64,000 nucleotides of DNA, taken from NCBI RefSeq assembly GCF_006345805.1, contig NC_043007.1, forward strand, positions 25,916,001-25,980,000, read 5' to 3'. The notes below the pieces were generated by a model. It had not been told where the DNA came from, did no database searches, and saw nothing but the letters and a program-made list of their open reading frames with translations. The translations under genes and the position numbers were made by a program. Positions within the stretch are counted from its first letter, which is position 1, and each line of letters starts with the position of its first letter. Origin of the DNA: Octopus sinensis (taxonomy: Eukaryota). Positions 12,847-25,181 of the stretch are shown in pieces.

Positions 12847-13454
12847 TACGACGGGCTTCTTTCAGTTTCCATCTATCAAATCCACTCACAAGCTTGGTCG
12901 GCCTGAGGCTATAGTAGAAGACACTTGCCCAAGGTGCCACGCAGTGGGACTGAACCCAGAACCATGTGGTTAGTAAGCAAGCTACTTACCACACAGCCAC
13001 TCCTGTGCCTATTATATATATAAAATATATATTAATAGTAACGGTAAGACAACAAAAGAATGAAAAGACCATGATATTATGAAATAGAGCAATTTATCTG
13101 TAATATAATGTGTGACAATTATTCGGTTGCCATAATAAGACTCTGAGTTTCGGATGTTGGAGCGGAAACCTGCTCTGGCATCTCATCAGTTATCGAGGCA
13201 ATCAAAATAGCAACCGAATAATTGTCACATATTATATTACAGAATATATATATATATATATATATGTATACATGACTCTGCCAGTGCTGCTGGACTTTGC
13301 CAATGAAAACCTTGTGAGTGGATTTAGTAGGCAGAAACTGAAAGAAGACTGTCATTGTGTGTGTGTAGATGAATATATTATTATTATATGTATAATATAT
13401 ATATATATATATATATAATATATAATATGTATGTATATATATATATATATTATA

Positions 13455-13497
<43 letters not shown>

Positions 13498-13524
13498 TAT
13501 CATATATGGTGTGGGTGTATGTAG

Positions 13525-13555
<31 letters not shown>

Positions 13556-13576
13556 TTATCTATATATATATATATG

Positions 13577-13666
<90 letters not shown>

Positions 13667-13753
13667 GTGTGGTGTGTGTATGTATGATATATATATATAT
13701 AATTATATATTATATATATATTATATGTATATATATATATGTGTGTGTGTATG

Positions 13754-13793
<40 letters not shown>

Positions 13794-13825
13794 ATATATA
13801 TATATGGTGTGTGTATGTAGTATAT

Positions 13826-13856
<31 letters not shown>

Positions 13857-13870
13857 TATATATATTAAAC
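11790..13870. repeat. About 1.06-kb near-identical tandem duplication (possibly an assembly artefact)
   Basis: 11790-12310 repeats at 12850-13360, differing mostly by 1-bp indels; TA-rich tracts follow each copy. Confidence 0.75.
13127..13201 (-). ncRNA. Type I hammerhead ribozyme (Penelope-like segment)
   Basis: Minus strand: ttgcc-tc-gataa CTGATGA GATG-cca-GAGC-aggtttcc-GCTC-caa-CATC c GAAA ACTC-A-GAGT C ttatt-at-ggcaa (stem III shares the last A of GAAA); GUC cleavage triplet. Confidence 0.65.
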
Positions 13871-13919
13871 ACACACTAGAATAAGAATAGCCTGGGCAAA
13901 GTTTAGAAAGCTTCTACCC

Positions 13920-14340
13920 TACTGGTGACAAAGGGCCTCTCACTCAGAGTGAAAGGTAAATGGTATGATGCATGTGTGCGAACTGCCATGCTTCACGGCA
14001 GTGAAACATGGGCCGTGACTGTGGAGGATATGTGTAGGCTCGAAAGAAATGAAGCTAGCATGATACGCTGGATGTGTAAAGTTTGTGTGCGCACACAACA
14101 GAATGTAAGCGCCCTGAGATAAATGTTGGACATAAGGAGCATCGGATGTGGTGTGCAAGAGAGACGTTTGCGCTGGTATGGTCATGTACTACGGATGGAG
14201 GAGGAGAGATATGTGAAGAAGTGCCACTCCCTAACAGTAGAAGGAATTCGGGGTAGAGGTAGACCCAGGTAGACATGGGATGAGGTGGTCAAGCATGACC
14301 TTCGAACGTTAGGCCTCACAGAGACAATGACAGAAGACTG
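13920..14340 (+). pseudogene. RTE LINE ORF2 3' fragment
   Basis: LRVKGKWYDACVRTAMLHGSETWAVT...RLRWYGHV...GRGRPR*TWDEVVKHDL. Confidence 0.9.
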
Positions 14341-14494
14341 TATTGCAATGTTTATATCCTATTTGACAAGGATGTAGTATTAGAATGTTGTACACTGCAG
14401 TATTCTTCTTGAGAGATCTGCTCGTATAGATGTACAGTGCTAAGAGAAGAGACAAATATTGAAGCTGACAATCTGTAGCAGTCATTTGGCATGG

Positions 14495-14535
14495 CCAGAT
14501 CATGCGATTTCAGCATATATGTGCTTCTTCAGTGG
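14495..14535 (-). ncRNA. Minimal type I hammerhead ribozyme
   Basis: Minus strand: CCA CTGAAGA AGCA-CATATA-TGCT GAAA, stem III ATC-GCAT-GAT, C17, TGG; complete core, AUC triplet, stem I only 3 bp. Confidence 0.6.
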
Positions 14536-14644
14536 AAGGCATCTGCTCGAAGCATGCCAGCCTAATCTCACTGCCAGTATCGGTCGTCAGTGTGTGTGTA
14601 CATACATACACCCCCACCCCCACCCCCACCCACACACACATATA

Positions 14645-14817
14645 CATATATACAATGAGCTTCTTTCAGTTTCCATTTACCAAATCCACTCACAAGGTTT
14701 TAGTCGGCCCAAGGCTATAGTAGAAGACACTTGCCCAAGGTGCCAAGCAGTGGGAATCAACCCGGAACCATGTGGTTGGTATGCAAGCTACTTACCACAC
14801 AGCCACTCCTGCGCCTC
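14645..14817 (-). mobile_element. SINE family A, 5' half
   Basis: Homology to 40-210. Confidence 0.8.
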
Positions 14818-14996
14818 TTTAATATTTCAAGATATTTTATGTTATGTTGGTAAATATATCTGTTAAAATGAGATGCCAATATTATTTTATTTTCATTTTT
14901 GCATAATTTTGCTGACAATTTATTCACTTCACCCTGTATGTATATATATATATATATATATATATAGGTAGGTAGATAGATAGATATATAGGTAGT

Positions 14997-15072
<76 letters not shown>

Positions 15073-15789
15073 GAGAGAGATAGATAGATAGGTAGAAAGA
15101 TAGATAGATAGATAGATTGATAGATAGATTGATAGATAGATAGATAGATAGATAAAAAAAACAATATATATTCAGAATATAATAATGTACAAGCATACAT
15201 ATATATTTATATATTGACAAATAATTTACTTTGTATGTATGTATCTATCTATCTTTATCTCTCTCTCTCTCTCTTTCTATATAATATATATATATATATA
15301 TATAATAATTTATGTAAACATATATATATGTACCCTTCTCTCATTTAATTCACTTTACTATTTTACAATTCCTGTCATGTTATTCTGTCTATTGATGCAT
15401 TCATCACTTCTTCCATTTACTTATACATCTTCCATTTCCAAACTGATACCTCTCATTTATTTTGTCTATCTATCTTTCTGTCTGTCTATCTGCATACATA
15501 CACACACACACACACACACACACACTTACATACACATACAAACATGAATGTATATATGTACATGTGTGTATGTGTTCGTTTGTTTGTGTGTGTGTGTGTG
15601 CATGTTTATGTGTGTGTATGTTTATTTGTGATTTATTTCATTTTTGTTTTCTTTGCGCAGAATTCAAGCTGGTTACCAACAAAGAAACAAGGCTCTTTTG
15701 TTTAAATCAAGACTCCTGTTGCTTGTGGTTATCTGAATTGTTCAGTGTATGCACCTATATGTGCATGTGTGTGTGTTGGTGTGACTATA

Positions 15790-15822
<33 letters not shown>

Positions 15823-15927
15823 TGCATTGTATGTATTATATATATATATATATAATTATATATATGTATATATATACAATATATTATGTAGTATATATAT
15901 AATATATATATCTATTACTATACATAT

Positions 15928-15987
<60 letters not shown>

Positions 15988-16170
15988 GTATATGTGTGTA
16001 TATATATGTATATATATATGTGTGTAATATATCTATATATATATAATATATGTATATATACATATATATATATGTATATGTACTATATATATATATTATT
16101 ATATATATGTATATGTGTGTATATATGTATATATATATTATATATGTATATATATATATATATATATGCA
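15790..16170. repeat. (TA)n/(TATG)n low-complexity tract
   Basis: Direct inspection; similar tracts at 1720-2060, 2620-3020, 12310-12845, 13360-13870, 21480-21940 and 24200-25200. Confidence 0.95.
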
Positions 16171-16815
16171 TGTGGATAAAGTTGCACTCTTGTAATGAGT
16201 ATGCATGTCATTTAATGCATAAGTGCATGTGCTTTCTCACTGTTTATGCATTTGGTGTATATATGCATGTATTCCGCATGCATTCATGATCCTATGCATG
16301 TTTTTCAACCCAAGAACTTCAAATAGAGAATCTCTGGAATGTTTTAGAAATTTTCATTGTAACTCTAATCAGTTGTATTTGCCGAATGTGAATCACTTTA
16401 CTCTGTTTTGTGTTTTGTAAAATCTCAGCAATTTTTCTAAGTTTTTTTTTTTTATACAGATCTGTTGTTACATAGTCCAGTGCACCTATGATAACGAGTA
16501 CAAATGAAAATCTATAGTCTGGCTCTCAGAGCTGTAGGTTTCTCATTAGTTCTGCATAACTGCTCCTTTTTCCCCCCATTCTTTGGTGAGATATTCATGT
16601 TTGTTGGGTAGCTTGATCTCTACAGCAGTGCGTGATTTTTGTTCCCTGTCTCATATGACAATATCTTGCTTGTTGTGCTTATACCGAGTTTCTGTTTTTA
16701 TTGGACTGTTCTGTCAGTATTCTTTATTTTGAAAGATATGGATACATTCTGGTCCTGGTCCTGGTCCTGGTGTGCGTTTGATATAGTTTATCAGGATAAC
16801 TCTTCCTGCATACAG

Positions 16816-17408
16816 CCCTTTCGTTACCGTATTTATTTTGAGATGCTCTGAGTTTCTTTCAATTATTTTAAATATAACAAAGAATTTAAATAATAATAAT
16901 AATAATAATAATGAAATTATTGTATACAGTGCTCAGGTGCACCACAACTTGTCAGAAAGTGCATATAAAGTACATGCAGTAATGTAGAAATGTCTGGGAG
17001 TGAACAATGTAATGAGTCAGATACATGCTGTGTGTGTATGGAGGGGAGAAAATCAGGTGTAGTGTTGGCGAATCTCAGGAAGCATGGAAGTTTTGAAGGA
17101 TGCAGTGCTCCGACAACTAACAACTGATGCCGGCAGTTTGTTCCATGCTTCAGCAACTCTCAGCGTGAAAAAATGTTTCCTGAAGTCATGGGAGCTGTGC
17201 TGTTTTCTTACTTTGTAAATATGTCCACAGGGTGTTAGATGGGTGGAGTTTGAAAAGTTTAGTAAAATAATCTAGTTATCATTAAGTTAGTGTTAGGAAC
17301 ATAACTTGCGACTAATGTTTGGTGGAAAATTTTTATTCAAAACTTCTGAAAACAAAACATTGTACTACAGAGCCAGAGCCGGGATCAGCCGGGTTGGTAA
17401 CAAAAGGG
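16816..17408. mobile_element. piggyBac-like MITE interrupted by a CR1 LINE
   Basis: TIRs CCCTTTCGTTACC (16816-16828) and GGTAACAAAAGGG (17396-17408); TTAA flanks eroded. Confidence 0.7.
16889..17256 (-). pseudogene. CR1-clade LINE 3' end with (ATT)n tail
   Basis: Minus frame GHIYKVRKQHSSHDFRKHFFTLRVAEAWNKLPASVVSCRSTASFK, then stop, 3' UTR and (ATT)n. Confidence 0.85.
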
Positions 17409-17496
17409 ATAGCATTGGAGACAGTTTCAGTGACAATATCATGTCTCATGGGAAGTAGTATCTTGTGGGTATTTTTGGATAGTTACTGATGATGTG

Positions 17497-17722
17497 AGAG
17501 GCACATGGCTTAGTGGTTAGGGTGTTAGATTCATAATCAAAAGACCGTGGTTTCAATTCCTGTACAAGGTGGTGCATTGTGTTCTTGAGCAAAACACTTC
17601 ATTTCACATTGTTTCAGTCTACTCAGCTGGTAAAAATGAGTAATCCAGCATCTTGTCCAGGGAGGAATATATACACCAGAGAAACCAGGAAACTGACCCC
17701 ATTCCTTTTATGGAGGACTAAC
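17497..17722 (+). mobile_element. tRNA-headed SINE, family E
   Basis: Head GGCACATGGCTTAGTGGTTAG...GGTTTCAATTCC; 13-bp TSD TACTGATGATGTG at 17484-17496 and 17723-17735. Confidence 0.85.
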
Positions 17723-18249
17723 TACTGATGATGTGGGTGATATACTGTAGCAGGGCCATAAGGGCTAAAAGGAACAGGGCAGAGTTATGCTCCCTCATTC
17801 TGTCATTGGTAGGTGGCACTGCGATGGCACTTCTGCTAGGGAGGTATGAAAACCCTGGAGGGGCTTTATCTGCTGCTCTTGCTCCAGGGCAGTTTGTGGT
17901 TATCACACGGACAGCTAGGACTGCTAGCTCACTTCGCCTTTGGCCATTACTGCTACCACATTATGTAGCTGGTGCATTTCTTACTCTCTGTTTTTTCAGC
18001 GTTACTCACATAAAATGTAACTATGTTTGTACAACTGTTATTTATTTACATCCACTTTTGTATGAACACTGTTACAAAAACTTGTTGTTTAACTTTGACT
18101 GAATGTTGCTTGTCACATCAGTGCATGCACTTTAACACAGACAAAAACACCGGATTCATGTTTCACTCTTCACTAAACATTTTCTTCTCAACTTAGAATT
18201 TTAGACGTATCCTTATCTTTCTCATCGACCAGGTGTTTAATAGCTATTC

Positions 18250-18850
18250 TATTTCTTTACTACCCACAAGGGGCTAAACACAGAGGGGACAAACAAGGAC
18301 AGACAAACGGATTAAGTCGATTACATTGACTCCAGTGCGTAACTGGTACTTAATTTATCGACCCCGATAGGATGAAAGGCAAAGTCGACCTCGGCGGAAT
18401 TTGAACTCAGAATGTAACGGCAGATGAAATACCTATTTCTTTACTACCCACAAGGGGCTAAACATAGAGGGGACAAACAAGGACAGACAAACGGATTAAG
18501 TCGATTACATTGACTCCAGTGCGTAACTGGTACTTAATTTATCGACCCCGAAAGGATGAAAGGCAAAGTCGACCTCGGCGGAATTTGAACTCAGAATGTA
18601 ACGGCAGACGAAATACCTATTTGTTTACTACCCACAAGGGGCTAAACATAGAGGGGACAAACATGAACAGACAAACGGATTAAGTCGATTACATTGACTC
18701 CAGTACATAACTGGTACTTAATTTATCGACTCCGAAAGGATGAAAGGCAAAGTCGACCTCGGTGGAATTTGAACTCAGAACATAACGGCAGACGAAATAC
18801 GGCTACGCATTTCGCCCGTTATGCTGACGTTTCTGCCAGCTCGCCGCCCA
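18250..18850 (-). mobile_element. SINE family C with three tandem 184-bp body units
   Basis: Head GGCGGCGAGCTGGCAGAAAC; body CTTTCATCCTTTCGGGGTCGATAAATTAAGTACCAG (Meta-domain-like) repeated at about 18251, 18435 and 18619. Confidence 0.85.
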
Positions 18851-18917
18851 TTTGGTACCCTCGTATTTGGGTGTAATACCATGGTCATTCATGTCCAAAG
18901 GGGGTCTTTACCCTCTT

Positions 18918-19065
18918 TATCATCACTCTGAACCATCTTTGTTGGGAAGTGTACATATTCAGCGCATCTTGCCATGTACCACTCACAAAACTCCATTCTT
19001 TGGTTCATTTCATTTTCAATAAAAGCATGAATTATTCTTGTAATGTAACATTTCCAATGACAGAA
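18918..19065 (-). pseudogene. Tc1/mariner-superfamily transposase fragment
   Basis: YITRIIHAFIENEMNQRMEFCEWYMARCAEYVHFPTKMVQSD resembles the RxxFCxW...FSDE pre-catalytic segment. Confidence 0.6.
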
Positions 19066-19074
19066 CTTCAAATG

Positions 19075-19178
19075 CAACGGAAGTCGACCTCGGCAGAATT
19101 TGAACTCAGAACGTAACAGCAGACAAAATACCACTAAGCATTTCGCCCGGCGTGCAATGTTTCTGCCAGCTCGCTTCC
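19075..19178 (-). mobile_element. SINE family C head only
   Basis: Homology to 18745-18850. Confidence 0.8.
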
Positions 19179-19507
19179 TTAATAGCCGATTAATAGCTAT
19201 TCGTGTTTTTGAATAGCAAAGGCAATGTATTGTATGTAAGATGTGGTGAGTTTATCACGGATCCAAGGGTAGCTATTATCCTTCTCAATGTTGTTGGTTA
19301 CTCTCTAGCTTGTGGGATATCTATCCATGCATAACTTTCTGCTTGTGTGATAAATATTTCTCCACCAAGTATCTGTCTAAGTAGGTCAGTTCAACCAGCC
19401 TCGGTTCTCATGGAGCTGCTACAAACTTGGTATACTTGTTCAGGAGTTCTTCACCTTAACTTATATTGTTATTACCTTTGTTGTTGAATATGCACATGAT
19501 GTATATA

Positions 19508-20018
19508 CCGTAAATCCTTGAGTATAGTCCGCCCTTGAATATAATACGCAGGGGATTTTTAGGGGGCTGTACCTCTGAAAAACCTAAACCTTGTGTATAA
19601 TATGCACCCCTTCTCTAACTTGAGTCAAGGAGGTCTATATAATGTCCTTGGTTTGTAAAAATGAATACGGAAACATCCTTTTTTATTATTGTGTATATAA
19701 CATAATGCAAACGTGTAGCTTTTTTGTGCATTTTGTTTGCAGAAAATAAAGAAATAACAGTAATAATGTTTAATAAATGTTGCTTACTGCAAGTTATGGA
19801 TGATTCTTTTATGATTCATTGCTTTCAGGCTTAGCTTAAGGTATTTTCATGCCTGGCATCACAAAATGCATCTGAATAAACATTGCTGGACAACAAATAG
19901 AGACTCGAACATTGCTTAGAAAATAATTTTCATTTTTAACCTCGTATATAGTACGCATTAGGGATTTTGACCTTTAAATTTTTGGGAAAAAATGCGGATT
20001 ATACTTGAGGATTTATGG
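19508..20018. mobile_element. pogo/Tigger-like MITE
   Basis: TIRs CCGTAAATCCTTGAGTATAGTCCGC / GCGGATTATACTTGAGGATTTATGG, flanked by TA on both sides. Confidence 0.85.
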
Positions 20019-20369
20019 TACGTGTTGTCTAAACTGATCTTATGCTTTGACCTTCATCCCTCCATTCAAAAGTATCATTGATGATATTGATGTTAATAGT
20101 CATTTAGTATCTTCCCAGTCCTGATGTCCAGTTTGTGGATTTCTTCAAGTGTCTAGTCTAGTATCCCAAATGTTGGTACTAGCATTAACACTGCAAAAGC
20201 TTGTCACTCTAGCTTTACTCACAGCACCAACATATGCAATGTTCTTGTTGATTCCAAGATATTAGTAACATTTGTAACACTGGCAAAAGGGGAGATAGAT
20301 AGACAGGCCAATGATATTTGTATTCCTTGTTTGGTCAACAGTCTTTTGCCATTTGATTACTAATACCTC

Positions 20370-20775
20370 TACTGGTGACAAAGAGCCTCTTGCTCAGAAT
20401 GAAAGGTAGACTGTATGATGCTTATGTGCATACTGCCATGCTACATGGCAGTGAAACCTGGGCCATGACTGCTGAGGACATGCATAGGCTTGAAAGAAAT
20501 GAAGCTAGTATGATCTGCTGGATGTGCAATGTCAGTGTGCACACAAAACAGAGTGTAAGCGCCCTGAGAGAAATGTTGGACATAAGAAGCATCAGATGTG
20601 GTGTGCAAGAGAGACGACTGCCCTGGTATGGCTATGTGCTGCATATGGAAGAGGAGAGCTGTGTGAAGAAGTGTCACACTCTAACAGTGGAAGGAAACTG
20701 TGGAAGAGGGAGACCCAGAAAGACATGGGATGAGGTGGTGAAGCACGACCTTTGAACATTGAGCCTCACAGACAC
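20370..20775 (+). pseudogene. RTE LINE ORF2 3' fragment
   Basis: ORF 20375-20755: LRMKGRLYDAYVHTAMLHGSETWA...WYGYV...GRGRPRKTWDEVVKHDL. Confidence 0.92.
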
Positions 20776-20875
20776 ATATATATGTGTGTGTGTGTGTGCC
20801 TTTGTGTCTGTGTGTCCCTCCCATCACCACTTTGCAACTCCCTGTAAATTAACAGTTTGGCAAAAGAGATCATCA

Positions 20876-21020
20876 TCATCATTCTATGTCTGCTTTCCAT
20901 GCTGGCATGGGTTGGACGGTTTGACTGAGGACTGGTGAGCCAGAGGCTGCACCAGGCTCAATCTGATTTGCAAAGTTTCTACAGCTGGATGCCCTTCCTA
21001 ACACCAATCACTCCGAGAGT
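20876..21020 (-). mobile_element. RTE 3'-end element (family B), short
   Basis: Family B homology. Confidence 0.7.
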
Positions 21021-21648
21021 ATACATATATATATATATATAATGGACCTCTTTCAGTTTCCTCTCTCCCAAATCCACTCTCAAGGATTTTATCTCTGCCT
21101 TTGCCTAAATTGTAGCCCACCGGGACATAACTGAAGACCAAATAGTTGGTAAGCAATCTTTTCAAGTGCATAAGTCACACCTGCAAAATAAATGCAGAAT
21201 TTATTTTAGTGCATCCAATCAAATTTTTGATTATATTCAAAGCTAAGAACACAAGACAGAGTGATTCATTTAAAAGAAGGTCATGACAGAGTTAAATGCT
21301 TATGCAACTAAATTAAGTCACTTCAATGGGAACATAGGAAAAAATAGAACAAGTAGTTTCCATGTGGATGATAAGTTCAATTATTATATAAATTAAGAAG
21401 AATGTTAAATTACGTAGTTTTTTTTTTTCCTGTGAGTAATATCCATTTTATATCAAGTAGATGTGTTTGTTTCAAGTAGGTCTGTATATGTGTGTGTGTC
21501 TGTATGTGTGAGTGTCTGTGTGTGTGCACGTATGCATGTGTGTGTGTGTGTACAAATGATATGCATACATAAATGTATATATATATGTGTGTGTGTGTGT
21601 GTGTATGTTTATGCATGATTGTATATATATATACATGCACACTTGGGC

Positions 21649-21679
<31 letters not shown>

Positions 21680-21781
21680 TGTATGTATGTATGTATGCAT
21701 GTATGTATGTTTGTATGTATGTATGCATGCATTTATGTATGTATATATGTTTGTATGCATATATGTATGTGTGTATGTATA

Positions 21782-21814
<33 letters not shown>

Positions 21815-21897
21815 TTGCATGTATATATGTGTGTGTGTGTGTATATAATATGTATATATTGAAACAATACACACACACATACACACACACACACACA

Positions 21898-21933
<36 letters not shown>

Positions 21934-22099
21934 ACACACACATCGTCTGTTCTTATTGTTATTATGATCATTAATAGGACACATTTCTAACTTCCATCCA
22001 TTTTTGTTCTTCATTTCTGTCCCATCCCCCACCCTGACCCATTTTCTTTCTCACTGTCTTCACAATTCGAAGCTAACTTTCACCTTCATTGTATCTTTA

Positions 22100-22154
22100 A
22101 CAACAACGAAAGAAAGAAAGAAAGAAAGAAAGAAAGGAAGGAAGGAGGAAGGAA

Positions 22155-22187
<33 letters not shown>

Positions 22188-22939
22188 GAAGGAAGAAAGA
22201 AGTTAAGGAAAGAGAAAGAAAGAACGAAAAAAGAAAGAAGTTAAGAAAAAAGAATGAATGAATAGAATGATGAAAGACAGAAAGAAAGAAAGAAAAAAGA
22301 GAAAGAAGGAAAGAAGGAAAAACAGAAGGGAGGAAGGAATAGAAAGAAAGAAGAAAGAAAAACAAATGGAAGAAAGAAAGAATTTAAGAAAAATAAAACA
22401 AGTTGTGAATGAAAGAAAGAGAAATAAAAGAGGAAAAAGGGGAAAATATCATTCTTTCTATTTTATACAATTTCTTTTTGAAGAAGGAAAAATGTGAAAA
22501 AGAAAGAAGAAAATAAATACATTAAAACAATTTAAAAAATTACAAAGCTTTTTGAAAGATGGTCCTGAAGGAAAAGTGAATGAAAAGGAAGAAGAAAAGG
22601 GGGGAGAATGAGGAGGAGAAAGAGTTGGAGAGAAAGCGTAAGAGACAGGGAGAAGAAGAGAGAGAGAGAGAGAGAGAGAGAGTAGGTGATAGAAAGAGCA
22701 AGACAGAGAGAGAGAGCAGGAGATAGAAAGAAGTGAGACAGAGAAAGTGAAGGAGGATAATGAGAGAGAGGGAGAGAGAAAGAAAGAGGGGAAAAGAGAG
22801 AGAAAGAGGAATGTGAGAGAGAGAGAGATTGAAGATGGAAATTCTGAGAGAGAGAGGTTGAAAGACACTGAGAGACAATTTGAAATCAAGGAACATTCAG
22901 TGAGAGAGTGTTTGTGAGTGAAAGAGAGAGTCTGTATGA

Positions 22940-22977
<38 letters not shown>

Positions 22978-23620
22978 AGGGATTGAAGGAGATGGAAATT
23001 TTGAGAGAGTGATTGAAAGATACTGAGTGACAATTCCGTGAGAGAAACAGAGAGATAATAGTCTGTATGAGAGAGAGAAGAGGGAGAGAAAGAGAGAGAG
23101 AGAAAGAAGGAAAGAGAGAGATAGAGAAAGAGAGATTAAAGGAGATGGAAATTTTGAGAGAGAGAGAAAGAGAAAGAGAGATTAAAGGAGATAGAAATTT
23201 TGAGAGAGAAATAAGGAGAGAGAGATAGAGAAAGAAGGGAAGAGAGATAGAGAAAGAGAGATTAAAGGAGATAGAAATTTTGAGAGAGAAATAAGGAGAG
23301 AGAGATAGAGAAAGAAGGGAAGAGAGATAGAGAAAAAGAGATTAAAGGAGATGGAAATTTTGAGAGAGAGAGAAAGAGAGAGAGAAACTGAAAGACACTG
23401 AGAGACAATCTGAAATCAAAGAAGATTGAGTGAGAGAGTGTTTGTGAGTGAAAGAGAGAGATAATAATCTGTATGAGAGAGAGAGAGAGGAGAGAGAGAT
23501 TAAGGAATATTGTATGAGAGAGAGGAGGGAGAGAGAGGTTGAAAGACACTGAGAGACAATTTGAAATCAAGGAAGATTCATTGGGAGAGTGCTTGTGAGT
23601 GAAAGAGAAAGAGAATAGTC

Positions 23621-23658
<38 letters not shown>

Positions 23659-23900
23659 AGATAATAGTCTGTAAGAGAGAGAGAAGATTGCAACACAGAT
23701 ATTGAGAGAGAACATGAGAGAGAGAAAGAGAGAGAGGGAAAAGGATGGATAGAGAAGGAGAAAGCGATATTACAAACAAAAAGAGAGAGAAAGAGAGAGA
23801 GAGAGAGATTGAAAAAGAGCAAGAGGAAGAGATTGCAAAAAGACTGAGAGAGAGAGATTAAGGAGGACTAAAAGTGAGGAAGAGTGTGAGAGAAAGGGAG
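22100..23900. repeat. Purine-rich (GAAA)n/(GA)n compound array with embedded longer repeats
   Basis: Recurring blocks GATTAAAGGAGATGGAAATTTTGAGAG and GAAAGACACTGAGAGACAATTTGAAATCAAGG. Confidence 0.9.
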
Positions 23901-24351
23901 AGTTAATAGTTTAGAAGATGAAAGACTTCAAAACTTCAAAGAATGCAGGAACAATTTTATCATTTACCAATATCTTCGAGTCGCCTTATTTAAACACAGC
24001 ACTTACCCCGTTTCCTTGAGGGAAGCAGTATTTTGTCTCATTCCACTTCTCTTTCCCCCCTCTCTCACTTCTTCTCTCTCCCTCTCCCCCTCTGTCTATA
24101 TATCTATCTATATATATATATAATCTCCATATGTATATGCACATGTGTATGTATGCATATATATGCTTTTTTATCTTATGAATACAAACACACATGAATA
24201 TAAATAGATACACTCACGTGTGTATGTGTAAAAGTATGTATGCATATGTATCAGTGTGTGTGTGTGTATATATATATATATGTGTGTATATCTATGTGTA
24301 TATATACACATACACACATGTTTATTTGTGTATACATATGCATATATATAT

Positions 24352-24391
<40 letters not shown>

Positions 24392-24653
24392 ATATATATA
24401 TAATTAGCTGTATATATATATATATATATATATATGCATGTATATATATTATATATATATGTGTGTATGTGTGTATATATATGTATACACACACATATAT
24501 ATACACACATACACACACATACATACATATATATAAATAGAAACGTCTAGGAGATAATGAAAAGTAATTACATATTATGAATATATATATGGACTTTTAT
24601 ATATATGTGTGTGTTTATGTATGTATGTATATATATGTGTATGCGTGTATCCC

Positions 24654-24686
<33 letters not shown>

Positions 24687-25012
24687 GTATATATGTATGT
24701 ATGTATGTATATATGTATGTATATGTAGGTGTATATATGTATAAATATATGTATAAATATATGTATATATATTTATACATATATATATATATATACACAT
24801 ACATATATATATGTATATATATGTATGTATATTTATAAATATATATATATATATACATATATATATGGATATATATATATGTATGTGTGTGTAAATATAT
24901 ATATATACATATATACTTATATACATACATATATATATGTATGTATATGTATAAATATATACATACATATGTATATGTATAAATATATATATGTATATAT
25001 GTACACATACAC

Positions 25013-25066
<54 letters not shown>

Positions 25067-25150
25067 GAAATATCAACACTGTGTGCGCAAAGACATGTAC
25101 ACACACACACATATATATAAAGTGACATAGTTGTTTCATATGCATGTTAT

Positions 25151-25181
<31 letters not shown>

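Noticed and set aside
17728-18102. 124-aa plus-strand ORF
   Set aside because: No recognisable motif; the start lies in a SINE TSD; the reading is broken once the SINE is removed.
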